Positions 37,226 to 51,819 are shown, counted from the first letter of the stretch. The stretch: DNA of 64,000 nt from Octopus bimaculoides (GCF_001194135.2 NC_068999.1:53709254-53773253); one strand, 5' to 3'. The notes: generated by a model not told the origin, from the sequence alone. Translations and numbers: made by a program.

Positions 37226-40200
37226 TGTATATACGCATTACTTCGCTTCATATATATGTATATAATATGGTTGAGCTAATAAAACAGCAATAATATATGA
37301 GATTTAACACCATTATTATGCTGAGTTTCATGGTGCAGCTTTTGAATATTGAGAAATGGTAATGTGTAATTAACTCTATAACTGACTCTATCATTGGGAG
37401 GGATATCTATGCATTCATTTGCAACTTCAAAAGAAACTTAATGTATTTTGGCCCACTATTTTTGGTAAATATCTAAGCATATCTAGATCATCTTGAATGA
37501 AACTGTATATGCTTTAAGATGTCCAAAATATTACTTAGCTTGTACATCACATGCAAGGCTTGATATACTCAATCTTAATTTCAAACCATCTGTAGATGGT
37601 TTTACACATGGTTGTGTGTGTGTAGATATATAATATATCCATGTTTTCATATCTTTTATCTTGTGCTTGTTTTAGTCATTGGACTGTGGCCATGCTGACA
37701 GGTTTTAGTTGAATGAATTGTCCCCAGTACTTGATTCATAAAGCCTAATACTTATTCTGTTGGTCTCTTTTCTTGAACATTTAAGTTACAGCAATATAAA
37801 TGTATAAAAGAGGCATGCATGCATGTATGTATGTATGTAGATTTTGTGCGTTTCAGTGGTGGTGGTGGTGGTGATTGTGGGGAGTTCATTGTTTGGATCA
37901 GAGCTGTCCTATTATGCCTTCTCTCCTTCCACATTTCTTTGATCTCTTTAACAAAATTAAACAAACAGATACTCTTAATTCAACTCTTAATTTATCATCA
38001 GCTTTCAGATTTTAATTTAGATTCAATCTTTATTGAGTTAACTACACCACCCTCACCTTCAACTTCTTTCCTGTTCCTGTTTTTGCTTTCCCATCCTCCT
38101 CCTCCTTGTCTCTTCTCTCTCTCCCTCTCTCTTTGAGTAGAAATACAGAGATTCCCTTGGATCTTTTATTCCAGGTTTTCATAGCAATGAGCAGCCAAGA
38201 AATATTTTTTACCTTGGGTAGAACATCAGTCCATGTGTGATATTAACTAGAAGGATTTCAACTTAGCAATGTCATCTCACAAGTCTCCCATCAGTTACTG
38301 AAGTTGACTTTTCTGTTCATCCTTTCTGGGTGAATTAAAACATTGACCTAATCAACTTCATCCAATCTCGTAATTTGAAGCTTTGTGTCTATGTTAGAAA
38401 TCAATTATGCTGCCTCCTTGCTGCTTATGGTGATGAATTTACCATTCACAGTGCCTTGTTGTTGCTATGTTGATAGAACTAGTGATAAATAAATAATTTT
38501 GGTCATAGGTACCAGTCACTATCCCAAACAGTCAGCTTTCCACTGTTTTATGCAGTCTTGTGAATTCTTTTTCATTTCTCAAATCATCCAAACATGAGGC
38601 ATCTAATAATGGGAAAAACCAGTAAGTGATTTTGGATTTGAACTGTCCCTCAATTATAGAAAGGATATCCCACATTACATCCCCATCTCACTTTTGTGTT
38701 CCTGGTTAGACCAAATCATATGTGGGATCAGTTAAGATATTTCTACTTGCTACATAAGGACTCAACCCTGTTATAAGCATTCAGGCTAGCTCTCTGACTT
38801 GAGGATATTTTCTTCTCTCCCATCAGTCTTAAAGACCCTTCCTTCTTGTCATTTTAAAGAAACTTTTTTTAACAAAATGTCCTGGAGGGATTTGAGAGTA
38901 GATTGGGTTTCATTAAGTGGATGAGATACGTTACATCTTCACTTGTAATGGATGCCAATTTGTTGCAGGCAGTATTCCCAGATGATCGTGCAGTTATTCC
39001 CACCACAGTTATGTAGACTGATGCAACGTGAAATGATAGTTTGAACTCACCTTGTACCTCATCATGAACAATAATTAATTCTTGAATAGAAGTACAATGC
39101 ACATGGGTTTGTTTTGACTGGAGAGGGTTAAGATAAGAGTGTAGTTAAGGTTTGATTTCAATGTTGGTTGATGACAAAATATGTGTAAGATAAGAGTGCT
39201 AGGGAAATGTATTTCTGTCTTGGAAAATATTTAGTATTGGATCTAATAGATAGTGAGTGAGATACAATGAAGGTGAAAGACAAGGAGAAGAAAGTGTTTG
39301 GAGGAAGTAAGGTAGGTAGCTTAGTTAGGTTTATTCTAAACATTAGATAAATTGGCCTTTTGTAGTTGTGTTAGAAAAGATAATGTAATGAAATGGTACA
39401 GCTTGCTGTGGAAGTAAAATAACACTAGCATGACATAACAGCAGGGAGGTGAGGAATAACTGTTGCCATCAGAACAGTTGCTATATTGTTGTTGTTTAGT
39501 CAGAGATTAAGCAGAGGCATCCCATCCATGACCATCTTGTCTGTTTGGGAATAACTCTGACTCCATTATCTAATGTGACCTTCCTGATATTTAAGACAAT
39601 GGGGTATAATTTTGATGTGATTTGGCTGTTATTTCTAGTAGGTTCATAGACTGTAAATGCTTCCTTGTTAGTTTGAATAGTTACTATATCTGTTGAGATG
39701 TGGGTAGTTGAAAGCAGTTTCGTTGGTTCCATTCTGTGGAGTATTCAGTTAGGGTGAACTATTGACATTATAACTTCAATGTTGAAATACTACATTCTTT
39801 CAACAGGTTGCTTTCCAGCGTTTTCCAAGTTTAGAGTCTAAATTGCATATCCTCAGCTATTAAACATCTGTACATGCACACGCACAAATGTGTTTGTGTG
39901 AATATAAATATAGTGTTTGTGTATTTGTAATGAAAGTGTACTGTAGAGTGTACCTGAAAGAAGCAGTACAAATTTGAATATGCTTGATAAATGTAAACAT
40001 GTGCCTTTTTCTAATTTCTCAGTAGACTGAAAAAGGGTGATTGGCCTTTGAATCGAAACTAGAATATGATTATTCAGTTCAATATATCCAAGATAAAACA
40101 ATGCAGATGTGTGTGTGTGTGTGTATATATATTTGTTTTGCAAGATTTTATTGGCTAAACTGGCAATATGACCATCGCCAAGTACAACAATATATATATA

Positions 40201-41310
40201 TATANNNNNNNNNNNNNNNNNNNNNNNNNNNNNNNNNNNNNNNNNNNNNNNNNNNNNNNNNNNNNNNNNNNNNNNNNNNNNNNNNNNNNNNNNNNNNNNN
40301 NNNNNNNNNNNNNNNNNNNNNNNNNNNNNNNNNNNNNNNNNNNNNNNNNNNNNNNNNNNNNNNNNNNNNNNNNNNNNNNNNNNNNNNNNNNNNNNNNNNN
40401 CCCTGAAATTGCTGGCCTTGTGCCAAAATTTGAAATTATTATTATTATCATTAAGTGCCAATGCATGAAGCACTTAATAATGATGATTTTGGCACAAGGC
40501 CAGCAATTTCAAACATCAAACTTTTTGATAAATTCCATGCATGAAACTCTCCCTCCCTCCCTCCCTCTCTCCCTCCTCCTCTCTAGTATAAATATACACA
40601 TGTATATTATATATACGCACATGTATGTATATTGTATGTGTGTGTGAGAGAGAGAGAGAAAAACTTGCTCGCAACTGGCTGAATAGCTGGTTGAACAGGA
40701 TTCCACTCTAATTTAAATTTACCAAATATAGTCATATCTTTCATTGAAGCTACCTGTTACTCCACTGGTAAAGACCCACATGATGCTATGGATATCTCAC
40801 ATAGTGATATTTTTCAATGTTGTAATCAGTGAGAACGGTATGGAACTGAGAAGTTTTGCATTACCGAGCTTGTTGAGTTCAACTCTCTGTGCAGATATAG
40901 CATGGTGAAGGATGAATATGAAGTGGTTACTGGTACCAAAATGAAAAGAAATGTGAATTAGGAGTAAGGGAGAATGTAAACAGGGTTGAATATAAATTCT
41001 TAGGAGTTGTGGATTCCCCCCTCTCTGTTATACCCTCTACCCCACTCAGTGTTGAAACAAGGCATTGTGGAGCTACACTGACCTAAACATACTATATATG
41101 TGTGTGTGTGTATAGTTATGTATATATATATATCAATGATGTAATAATCTCTATGATGGAACTGTTGATGTCATACTTTGTAGAGTGTGTCTATGTTTGT
41201 ATATGTGGGTGAAAGTATGAGTACAAGTGCTAGACAGATATACTGTCCTGCTAAACATTATCCACCCTCCATGTATTTGTATATGTGTATGTATGTATGT
41301 GTGTGTGTAT

Positions 41311-41341
<31 letters not shown>

Positions 41342-42039
41342 CATACATATATACATATCCATGCATGCATACTCCTCTTTCATATCATTAACTCACATGC
41401 TTACAAACAAATGTTCTCAGTTATATCATTAATTTGTGTGCATCACTACATTAACCCACACACGTGCACACACACACAAACAATTGTTCTCAGCTTTATC
41501 ATTAATCCACATACAACATCACTCTACACTAACAGCCTCCTCCACTATGACCTTTATTTCTGTGTCACCACAACTAGAGGTACCCCATTCTCCCGACTGG
41601 CCTTTTCTTGAATCCTTTACACTGCTGACAGCTTCAGTTCTTCCTTCCTTCAAATATTTCCTATGGCTAATTTAGAGAGAGAGTAGACCTACAACTCGTC
41701 TCTTTGATGTCACCAAATGTGATATATACAATCGGGGCTTATGACATCGCTATGACATGCTAATTACATATCTTTAACTCTCCTCTCTTTTGCGTTTTTA
41801 GTTAAAACACAAATTTAACCAAGAACATCTCTGACAACTGATACACTGCAATTTTGGATGTTATTTCACCCTAAACAATGATATTTCAATTACATGCCAG
41901 GTTTATTCTTATACTAAATATAGGTCTTAACCTAAAATTCTTTTATAATGATACTAAAATCTATTTTGATGTATATATCATCAGTTTAAACAGCCATTTT
42001 TTCATTCTTGTATCAGTCAAACATAACCTGTTGAGGTAG

Positions 42040-42330
42040 GTTTTCTACAGCTGAATGGTCTTCCTGTTGCCAACCTTTCTCTGAAGGCAATATTCCTCTT
42101 TGTCTTGCAGACAACAGTTAGCTCATTCACTGGATATGTTTTCATAACTGGCAAGCTAGAGAGCTGCACTAAGCTCGGTTTCTACAGCTGGATGTCCTTC
42201 CTAACGCCAACCACTCCATTGAGTGTATGGGTGTCTCTTATATGTCACTGGCACAGGTGCCTTTTACATGTCACCAGCACTGGCCACAACTACAATTTCT
42301 CTTAGCTTGACATGTCTTCTCAAGCACAGC
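42040..42330. mobile_element. RTE-tail-related repeat (ttctacagctggatg(c/t)ccttcctaacgccaacc family)
   Basis: The motif recurs at about 4610-4710, 9360-9580, 11030-11150, 13760-13860, 23260-23400, 47440-47560 and 54840-55020, often ending in (GAT)n/(ATC)n. Confidence 0.6.
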
Positions 42331-43235
42331 AAATCACCAATCTTAAAAATATACAATCACATCATCAAAATCTTGAAGCTACACGATTATGCATGATTAA
42401 AGTGAAAACAATGTGAATAAATATTAAATTTGACAAAGTAATCTGAATCCTAAAAGGTTAGTGGCTCATTTTGTTGTTACTGCTGTAGCCTTAGTTTAAC
42501 CCTGGTTGAGTAGAGCTCGAATCAGTCAGAGGCATTTCAGTCTTGATCATTTTGTCTTTTTTATGTCCTGGGCTACATTGTCCAATATGCAAATATAGTA
42601 GGGTCTCACACATGTAAATGTAGTGCATTGTAAAAGATTATTTTAATGAAAATATCCAAGCAATTGCTAGGCAAAACTTCGCTCCAAAGCTGTTTGAAAT
42701 CTAAAAACAACAAAACGAGAGAGATAACCGCAGTATATTCAGTTGATTGAACAATTTAGTATAATATAGTCAATGCAGACTGAAGTGGATTAGGACTTTA
42801 AAGTCAACTGGTGAAAGAAAAGGACTAGTTTAGGTTTTTTTTTCCTTTTCTAGATCTCCTTGTTGAAGCATGTTCTTCTGAGTTAGCATGACTAAGAGGG
42901 ATGTCACTTATTTACACCCCAACACAGGCACACAGTGAGGCAAGCTTATACAAACAGACACATACATACACATTTGCACAAACATGCAGACACTCTGGGG
43001 GAGACAAATACATACAAGCACTCATAAATACAAATCCCCACTAATTCTGGGTTCATTCTTAGCTACAAGATGAATACCAATACATAGGCACGCACGCACA
43101 CACACACACACACACACACACTCCTGAACATGAAAAAAAAAAACAGTTGATTTAAACAGATTATCCTAGTCATGTTAACACTGTTCCAATTTTTAATCTA
43201 AAGACATTTAATATATGTGAATGTGTGAAAGACAC

Positions 43236-43281
<46 letters not shown>

Positions 43282-43303
43282 GGGGGAGAATATATGTGTG
43301 TGT

Positions 43304-43348
<45 letters not shown>

Positions 43349-43837
43349 GAAGATTATCTAGTTTTAAATCCTCATCCCCACTCCAGAATAAATCTACACC
43401 ATTTCATATAATCTGTTTATCCTGTAGGCTGTTAAATACCAGAATATTAATATGTGGTCTGGATGTATAGACATTTTAATGGTTATTCGATATACTTAAG
43501 GAGAATTATTGAAAACAACAACAGCAGCAATAGTTATGTAGAGTGGGGGGCTTAAATAAAGTCTATAAGACAACAATTCATAAAAGATAAACAGAGAGAG
43601 AGAGATATAGTAAATGACCATTTATGAGAGGGGGGGGGGAGACAGAAACATACAAATTAAAATGGACAGAGTGAGTCTTACAGGTACTGATAAAGAAGTG
43701 AGGGTGGAGAAAGAGAGTGTGTGTGTGTATGTGCATGATTGACTGAAAAGGACAGACAGACAGACCAATTGGTAATCTTTAGTCTGTCTAGGCGGCCAAC
43801 AAAACATTCAAACTTCATTTTTTTTTTATAGCAAATC

Positions 43838-44145
43838 TATAATTTCCCAACCCTTTTTTATCTATGGATCCCTTCAATTACTATTTTATTCAGGTGGACC
43901 TCAATAGCCATTCAAGGTTTTATATTAATTTACAAAATTCCTATTTTGTTTTTCACATAAATTTGTCATGGTTGAACGATGTAAAATGTTAGAGAAGGAA
44001 GCCTAACTCTTTCTTGCAATACATGCCAATATATACATGTAAAGCAAACTATTTTCAGGGGCCCTTGAAATTCTATTGTGGATCCCCAATTTACTGTTGC
44101 GTGATCCCTCAACAATCTCATATGGACTCTAGTTGAGAATCACTG
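43838..44145. mobile_element. Second hAT-type MITE family; a left-end fragment also lies at about 21150-21300
   Basis: Right TIR gttgagaatcactg (44132-45) and degraded left TIR ...tttcccaacc. The 21150 copy starts cagtcgttctcaacc after atttaaac, and both share ctatggac/tccc...ctatttta. Confidence 0.6.
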
Positions 44146-45414
44146 GTATAGAGTGTCTGACTTGCTTGGGTTGTCAGAAGCAATAATCTGTGTTGGTCAG
44201 GTACCAGTGTGCCTCATTTTAACAATCCAATCCTCTGTTGGTACTGAACTGCGTTGATATTCAGTTGATTTTGATATGTAATGCAAAATACATGTGTCAC
44301 AGAGCTACTTGCATAATGAAACATGTCTGATTATATACTAATTCCCACATACGCATGATTTCATACTTATGTACATACACATACACACGACTGGCTAAAA
44401 AGTCTACTTTGCTACCATGAGGTTTTTCTATCTCACTGCAAGTAACTTTACCATAGCCTTTGTTTAACCCATGCCTTGTGAGTGGATTTGGTAAGGGAGA
44501 ACTGTATGAAAGCTGTCAGATCAACTGTGCCTGTGACTCAAAAATGCAACTTTGTGACACTGATACCACTTGAGAATTGTGTAACAGTACACGCCTTTGG
44601 AATACTCAGCCACTTTGCATGTGAACTGAATAGATTATTTATTGGTTGAACAAATAGATGATCATACATTGAAAGTATTCATCATGTGTGTATGTGTGTG
44701 TTCACTCTAAAAATATGCACACTGGATTTATTTTCCATATTTACATATATACACATAAACAAATACATACATAGGCAAATCCTAAGACAAACATAAGGCA
44801 AATACAAGCATACATGCACACAAAACATAGAGGCAACTTCAAACACCAGCATATAAATCTCTCTCTCTCTCTCTCTCAAACACACACAACATAGAAACAG
44901 CTTCGTTCTCCCACACATATTTTCATCTTACTTTGTCTCTCATATAAAAACATAAACATTTTGATACACCCTGCATTCACATCTCTCTCTCTCTCATGCA
45001 CTCACACACACACACAACACACACTCCACACCTCGTATCTCACTGTCCACAAGGATTGCTTGATATTCTAATCTTACCAAAACTCTGGTAATCAACACTA
45101 ATACTGTTCCTTTTATTTCCCCAAGCTTTCATATTTCTTATCTTAATATTTACAAGTGTCTTCAACATAAGCAATATTTTCTTCACTAAAACACACACAC
45201 ACACTTGTCCACTCTCCCTCCGCCTTTATTCTACCCTCATCCACTCCACCACCATAACTACTACCAGTGATCTTTTTTATTTATTATGGCAAAAATGTTT
45301 GCCTTCATTTTCAGCAAACAGCAACAGAAATGAAGGCCATGCCATACTTTTGAACAAGAAATCTATATTCATAACGCGGAAGCAAGATGGAAAAGCATGC
45401 ACATGATTGCCCCA

Positions 45415-45485
<71 letters not shown>

Positions 45486-46050
45486 CATGCATGCACAAAC
45501 ACACACAGCTAAATATAAAAACCAAAACAAAAACTAAAACCTAGAAATAACTTTGAAACCATTTTTTCACTGTACTTGTTGGTTATGCTCTTTGAGAAAG
45601 CACTCCTTTCTGCATTGAACTTAAGACATAACTTCTCTTTTATGGATACTTTTCTTCATCAAAAATAAGTAAATGTCCTTCATACTGTAATATGATAGAT
45701 AAAATTATGTTTTGCATTGGCTATGTAGTTGAGAAGTTTGTTTTGTAACCACATGGATTTCTGTTCAGTCCCACTGATATAGATATTCAATGGCAAGGGC
45801 CAGTCATAAAACCACACAAAAAATATGCTTATGCTGCAGATTTTGAATTATTTTGAATGTTTTTCATTGTAGCATTCTTGTATTCATCTGAAGAAAACGT
45901 CTTTTTATAATGACATAATGTACTCATTGATCAATTAAAAAATTCTTTAGAAATAGCTGCAATGGATTGACACCAATCCATCAACTGTTACTTATTATTT
46001 ATGCGCGCGCACGCACACACACACACATACACAGAAGACAAGTCATGCTA

Positions 46051-46325
46051 AACTACATCTGGTAGTGTTGTATCTGTAAACTTACATCTAGTCGTGTTGC
46101 ATCTGGACCACGTCTAATGTTTGTGTATCTAATCTACATTCAGTGGTGGTGTATCTAGGCTATATCAAGTGATATCTTATCAAGACTACATCTGTTATAT
46201 TTGGACTGGACTTCATATTGTGGTGTGTTACATCATGACTATATCTAGATTACATCTATGTGGTGTTGTAAATGCAGAGGTATATCTAAACTACTTCTGG
46301 CAGTGTAATTTGTAGACTAAATGTT
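46051..46325. repeat. Degenerate tandem repeat of about 26 bp (ctacatctggtagtgttgtatcta)
   Basis: About 10 diverged units visible. Confidence 0.65.
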
Positions 46326-48264
46326 ATTGGGGGGGGGACTTTTGTCACAGCTGCTAATCATTCGTATGGTGTAGCTGTGTTACTATTGGGATACATTTGA
46401 TCTAAGGTATGCCAGGTGTGTCTCTAGAGATGCAGGCATCAAAATATAGTTATACTCTCTCTCTCTCTCTCATATATATAAATATATATTATTAGAAAAT
46501 TGGATGACAAAGGGATAAATGATTAATGATTATCTTATGAACTTCATTAGCTTACAGCTGTTTCTGCTACAAGATGCAGTGACCTCATAGTTGAGTGCCT
46601 GAGTAATATTATATTACAGACTGACACGCACACACACACACACACACACACTAATAATTACTCTGTCAATAGTAGCTGTCCCTTTCAATAAGTGAACAGC
46701 TATTGTTCAACACTTCTGTTATCTCAATAGTCCTACTGATATCACTTTCATTAATTTGTTACTTTCGTTGTGGTTGTGCGTCAAGAGGTTTCCAGTTTAC
46801 TTGAATTAATATAACTGACAGAAAAAGCAGATTAAAATATTTAAGCCTGAAATGGTCACAGTTTTCCCAATCTTTTTGTCTCTAAAGAAGTCAATTTATT
46901 TTTTAAAATGAATTGTTGGTAAATATATTATGTCCCCTATCCCTTTCTGTAACACTGCTGTCCCTCGTCTCAGGTTGCTCATGATTAGAATTCAAAGACA
47001 TACTCCAGGCATGTGAAGTGATCTATTAATAATAGTATTATATTTAGCACTGATTGTAAATGTTTACTTACCTTCCTCTGGATATTTGATTTTGGTTTAG
47101 CTTGTAACACTTTTTTTTTTACCAAACTTTATCTTGAGTAAACTTCTTTTGTCCTTGACTTTGACACTGTGTGTATGTGTATATGTTTGTGTGTGTGTAT
47201 GTAACAGAAGATGGCTCTGATTAAATAGATCTATGTCCAAAGGGATTTCATGGTTAAAGAGCTTGCTTTGAAACCATCTGGTCTTAGGTTCAGTCCTGTT
47301 GCATGGCACCTTGGACAAATGTCTTCTACTATAACCCAAACCAACAAAAGCCTCAGGAGTCGATTTGGCTGCTGGAAACTGAAAGAAGCCCATTGTATGT
47401 ATGTATGTTTGTGTGTACCCTTGTCTTGATAGTGTGATGGATTGTAAAATTAACATCAGACTCCTACAAGTAGTGTTCGTTTCCACTCTTTCTTGGAAAA
47501 CATTATTACCTTACTTGGAAAGAGGTAAGAGTTGGCAACAGGAAGAGCATCCTGCCAAAGAATATCACTTATAAAGGAAGATAAGGAAGGATGCCACAGA
47601 CCCTTGTAAAGGCAACCTGTCTAGAAAAGCAATAATTCTAATCCAATTACCATTGCAGCCATTCTGTAAGCCGACGCTGGTATTTATTTCATCAATCACG
47701 AAGAGATGATAAGCTAAGTCGATCTCGGCTGCATTTGAATTCAGAACGTGAAGACGGACGAAATGTTACTGAACATTTTGTCCGGAGTGCTAGCAAATCT
47801 GCCAGCTCGTCGCCAGAGGCCTTGCTAGACCTTTGACAGCAGGATACAAAATTAACCAGAGCAAGTCAGATCGAGAGCTGTGAGAAGTAAAATATAATAA
47901 TAGACACACTGCACGCGCACACGCACACGTGTGCCCTGATTTTCACAGTAAGATAATCCTAGCTTGTTAGAAGAAAACTTGGCTATGTACCTAATTAGAA
48001 TTCATTGCTGTGTTAACGCGACATTGGTTACTTTTAACTTGATCGCATCATCAAAGATTTCACAAACAACTAGGGTTAAGATGCACGCGCGCCTGCACAC
48101 ACACACACAGAGTAATTGTTATGCAAACTGTTTATGATGGGCAAATGCCATAAACTATTTGTAAACACTAGTCCTAACTAAACGATTTTTATTGGGGCAA
48201 TTATAAATACTGCAACACGAGCATTCAAAGAGATTCTATCTTTACATAGGTTTAAATAATGGCC

Positions 48265-48318
<54 letters not shown>

Positions 48319-48489
48319 CTCCCTCCCTCTGTGTGTGTATTAATATTTTTCTTTTCACTTCATAAATGAATTGTTGCCTTCTCTCTTGGAAGTATGTGTT
48401 AGATATAACCAAATACTAGTTTGCGTCGCTGTTGTTCCAATGACTTGCTTAGTCAGTGACATATATCATGTAATAGCAACATCCCGTTC

Positions 48490-49410
48490 ATCTAGCCCAG
48501 GTTGGTAATGATAGACCAATATATGATGAACGCCGTTTCAGCCATGACTACCCCTCGTCTTTTATTCAGTATATCTAAGACTACATTATTCAATGTGCTC
48601 TACATATATTTAATGACAGATGTAAGGGAGATTAGATTTGGCTGCTATTTCTAACTCTTGTGCGACCCCGTAGAGGCTCCCCTCCATTGGCTCGTAGCAA
48701 TAACAACACCGTGATGATGTAAATGTTATCAAATAGATTTGCTGCTGCTTTCAATGGATTTATTATTTATATCCTGGTGTTTATCGAAATATGTCTACAT
48801 TGTGTGAGTGTCTGTATGGGTGGTAGCAGATATGTGCATTTGATGCTGTATATTTATTGGACAATATATGTTGTTTTTCTGCAGATGTGTGTGTGTGTTT
48901 ATTTCTCTGCGTAATGTGTATCAATATATATATAATGTCAGCATATGCGTTTGTGTGTGTGTGTGCTGATGTGGTAATGTAGTTGCTTAGCCCCAGGTTA
49001 GCTCCGATCAAGTAAGACCTGTTATAAAAAAAAGCCTACCAGTCATGATCATCCCAACTTATATTTCCGAACAGTCTATCCAGAACCACGTTATCTAATG
49101 TGTTCTTTTTTTAAGATGGTGACTGTTATTTGAGGGTTATTTGGCTGCTGTTTCTAGTAAGTCGAATGATCATGTAGAGGCTCTCTCGATGTGGTGTAAT
49201 GTAAATTGTAGTCCTCACATCAACGTTGACCTCCAGCAAACCTGTGATCAAAGCCGTTCTAGCCGTGACCACTCTATTTTTTTTTAAGGTATGCAGCACT
49301 ACATTATCTTACGTCCTTTATTCAAGATGGTAGGATGTGATTCGAATGAGATTTAGCTACTATTTCTAGCATGCGAAATGACAACTTAGAGGGTCCCTCG
49401 TTGTTTAAGT
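48490..49410. mobile_element. Three tandem copies of interspersed repeat family C (ccccaggtcagc...gatttggctgctatttctagc...gaggctccc)
   Basis: The same 200-250 bp unit recurs at about 1157-1412, 7255-7450, 17900-18125, 36000-36385 and 39490-39735, and inverted at about 18420-18590, 24560-24745, 36440-36640 and 53925-54310. Confidence 0.75.
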
Positions 49411-50569
49411 CTCGAAGTGTCTGTCTATGAAGATGTTTATATATATAAGGGTATGTATGGAGTGTATCCATGTTCTGAGAATATATATCGTGGATTTTCG
49501 TCTATTGTATCGTGCGCGTGCGTGTGTGCGCGCGCGCTACACGTATTCGACTTCCGAAATAGTAGATAGATAAATAAATACACACACACACACTTTCTAC
49601 AGTTTCAGAAATCAGTTTACACATTTTGGTGCAACAGTTCCAGTTTCATCCAACGCTCACCGTCACCACCACCACCACCACCATAGCTACTTTTCGTTAT
49701 CTTAGCATAATATATTTATAACACTGCTGTCTGGTTCACTGTCAAAATAGAAGAGTTATTTTTATAAAGCACTGTATTTTTGTACCATAGTGTTTGAAAA
49801 ATAAAATAGATGTGAATGAATGATAGATGAAGGAAGAAAGGAAAAACAAGAGTGAAAGTGACCTAAAAAGATCTGGCCATGGAACCCTAACAATTAGGAT
49901 ACCTATGATAGAAACGACGAGAGATTGGATAATTCAAAAAAAAATTTTTTTTCCAGGATGTTTCTATTCCACTGTATGCTCAGGCGCACCCATACAATAT
50001 ATTTGCTACGAGAAAGTGGTTTAAGATTGCAGCGATATATCAAAAGTTCTGTGATAAATTAGACCAAAAATACATTCTTCAACAAAACTATAAATAGTTT
50101 AAAACCAATATTAAGTAGTTTACTCCAAGGATTTTATTTATTTAAAAAAAATATTTTGACGCAACTTACATCAGCTTGCAAACTCCCAAAATACAACAAG
50201 GTCACATGTGCTGCCTCAGTGATAGCTATAGTTTCTCTTTAAAATGAAAAACAAATTTCAATGTGAAATTAAAGCAGCTTTATATTTTATGACAATCAGA
50301 AAGGTTGATTTTAAATTATTTGAAATGCATATATATAGCTATCATTTAAGAAGTCCTTGGTGAGTGCAGCATTGTATTGGTTTTAGAATATTATTGTTTC
50401 TGGGGGCGTTTTTTTGTTTTTTGTGTGTAATTGGGCATATGACTATTGCTGTCTGATTGTAATGGAAACTAGGGGGAAAAAATTCTCCCAAAAACTAAAA
50501 TGCTTCTCCAATGGTAATCCAGTTATCCGTACATGATTTGATCTCTATTAAAGACATCAGAGTTATATT

Positions 50570-51075
50570 TTAACACTTGTAGGATTTGAACTCAAAATGT
50601 ACAGGGACATAACTAAGTACTGCCAGGCAGTTTTGTCTGGCACTCTATTTATTCTTCCTTTCTGCTATCCTTAATAATCGTTTCTAATATAGGCACAAGG
50701 CCTGATAATTTAGAGGAGAGGGCTAGTTGATTTCATCCACCTCCAGTACTCAACTCGTGCTTTTATCCACAAAAGGATACAAAGCAGAGGCAACCTCAGC
50801 AGCATTTGAACTTAGAGTGTAAAGACAGATGAAATGCCATTAAGCATTTTGTCTGGCATGTTAACGATTCTGCCAGTTCCAATTTTGGCACAAAACCAGC
50901 AGTTTTGTTGGTGGTTGGATTAGTCGGTTACATCTACTCCTCCAGTACTTGACTAGTAGATGTATTTTATGAAACCTTGAAAGGATTGAAAAGTAGTCAA
51001 CCTCAGCCAAATTTGAATTCAAAACGTTAAAAGCCAGAACAAGTATTGCAAGGCATTTCATCAAATGCTCCAATG
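50570..51075 (-). mobile_element. Three head-to-tail SINE family B copies
   Basis: Repeated ggcacaa...ccagtact...gaatttgaac...gcattttgtc blocks. Confidence 0.75.
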
Positions 51076-51599
51076 ATGATAATGAATTTGCTTTCTTTTA
51101 TTGACCACAAGGGTCCAAGGTATTTGAGACAACGCAGCCAAAATACAAATGAAAACAACAAATAAGAAACAGTAGAATGTTTACATTGAGTAAAAGGGTG
51201 AGATTAACAATAAACACACATTAATCAATAGATGATAAGAAGAAGAAATAGCAATAACAACATAGAACAAAATAAGGACCAGAAAGGATCCTCCTAATAG
51301 GTTGGGACAACTACTACCTCAGGTGATAACAAGGTACCCTGCACACGGTCTCTGACATGTGCTTTCCCTCAGTTCTGGTCACTAGCTTACAATTGCACAA
51401 TGGGATTTCATTAAACCATGCCACATCATCATCATCGTCACTCAATTCAGTAAAAGAACTTGCTTCTCAAGATACCAAAGATTTCTTATTAAATATGTGA
51501 TTTCTTTAAAAAAGAAGTAATTTCCTTAAATACATATAATTTTATTTGGTTCTATATTTATTAATAAATTATATATTTCTTTATCTTTTCAGCCCCTAA

Positions 51600-51819
51600 A
51601 TGTTTATTGTCACCTTAAAGACTTCTTCCATGATGCAAGAAGATACCGGTGGAAGGAAGTGGGCCGTGATGGTCTCGGCCTTCTTCGTCCAGTTTATCAT
51701 TTGTGGCATTACCTACAGTATGGGAATATTCCATGTGGTCTTCCGACACATCTTTGCAGGATCCCACTTTGATACATCATGGGTTTCTGCACTTTTACTT
51801 CATGTCACTGTTATTTCAA
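51600..51819 (+). CDS. SLC16: Monocarboxylate transporter (SLC16/MCT family), coding exon 1 (TM1-TM2)
   Basis: Acceptor ttatcttttcAG at 51591-92; in-frame TAA (51597-99) directly precedes ATG 51600, with an alternative start at ATGATG 51630. Translation EDTGGRKWAVMVSAFFVQFIICGITYSMGIF matches the MCT N-terminal DGGWGWVV...GIxYSFGVF motif. Phase-1 donor A|GTCAGT at 51820. Confidence 0.9.

Noticed and set aside
38860-39120. Possible LINE RT relic, or a 68-nt antisense exon with an AAG|GTGAGT donor
   Set aside because: Motif similarities occur in conflicting frames and there is no partner exon; insufficient support.
40740-40960. Protein-like frame (KDPHDAMDISHSDIFQ...KDEYEVVTG)
   Set aside because: It has an internal stop, no splice sites and no family I can name.
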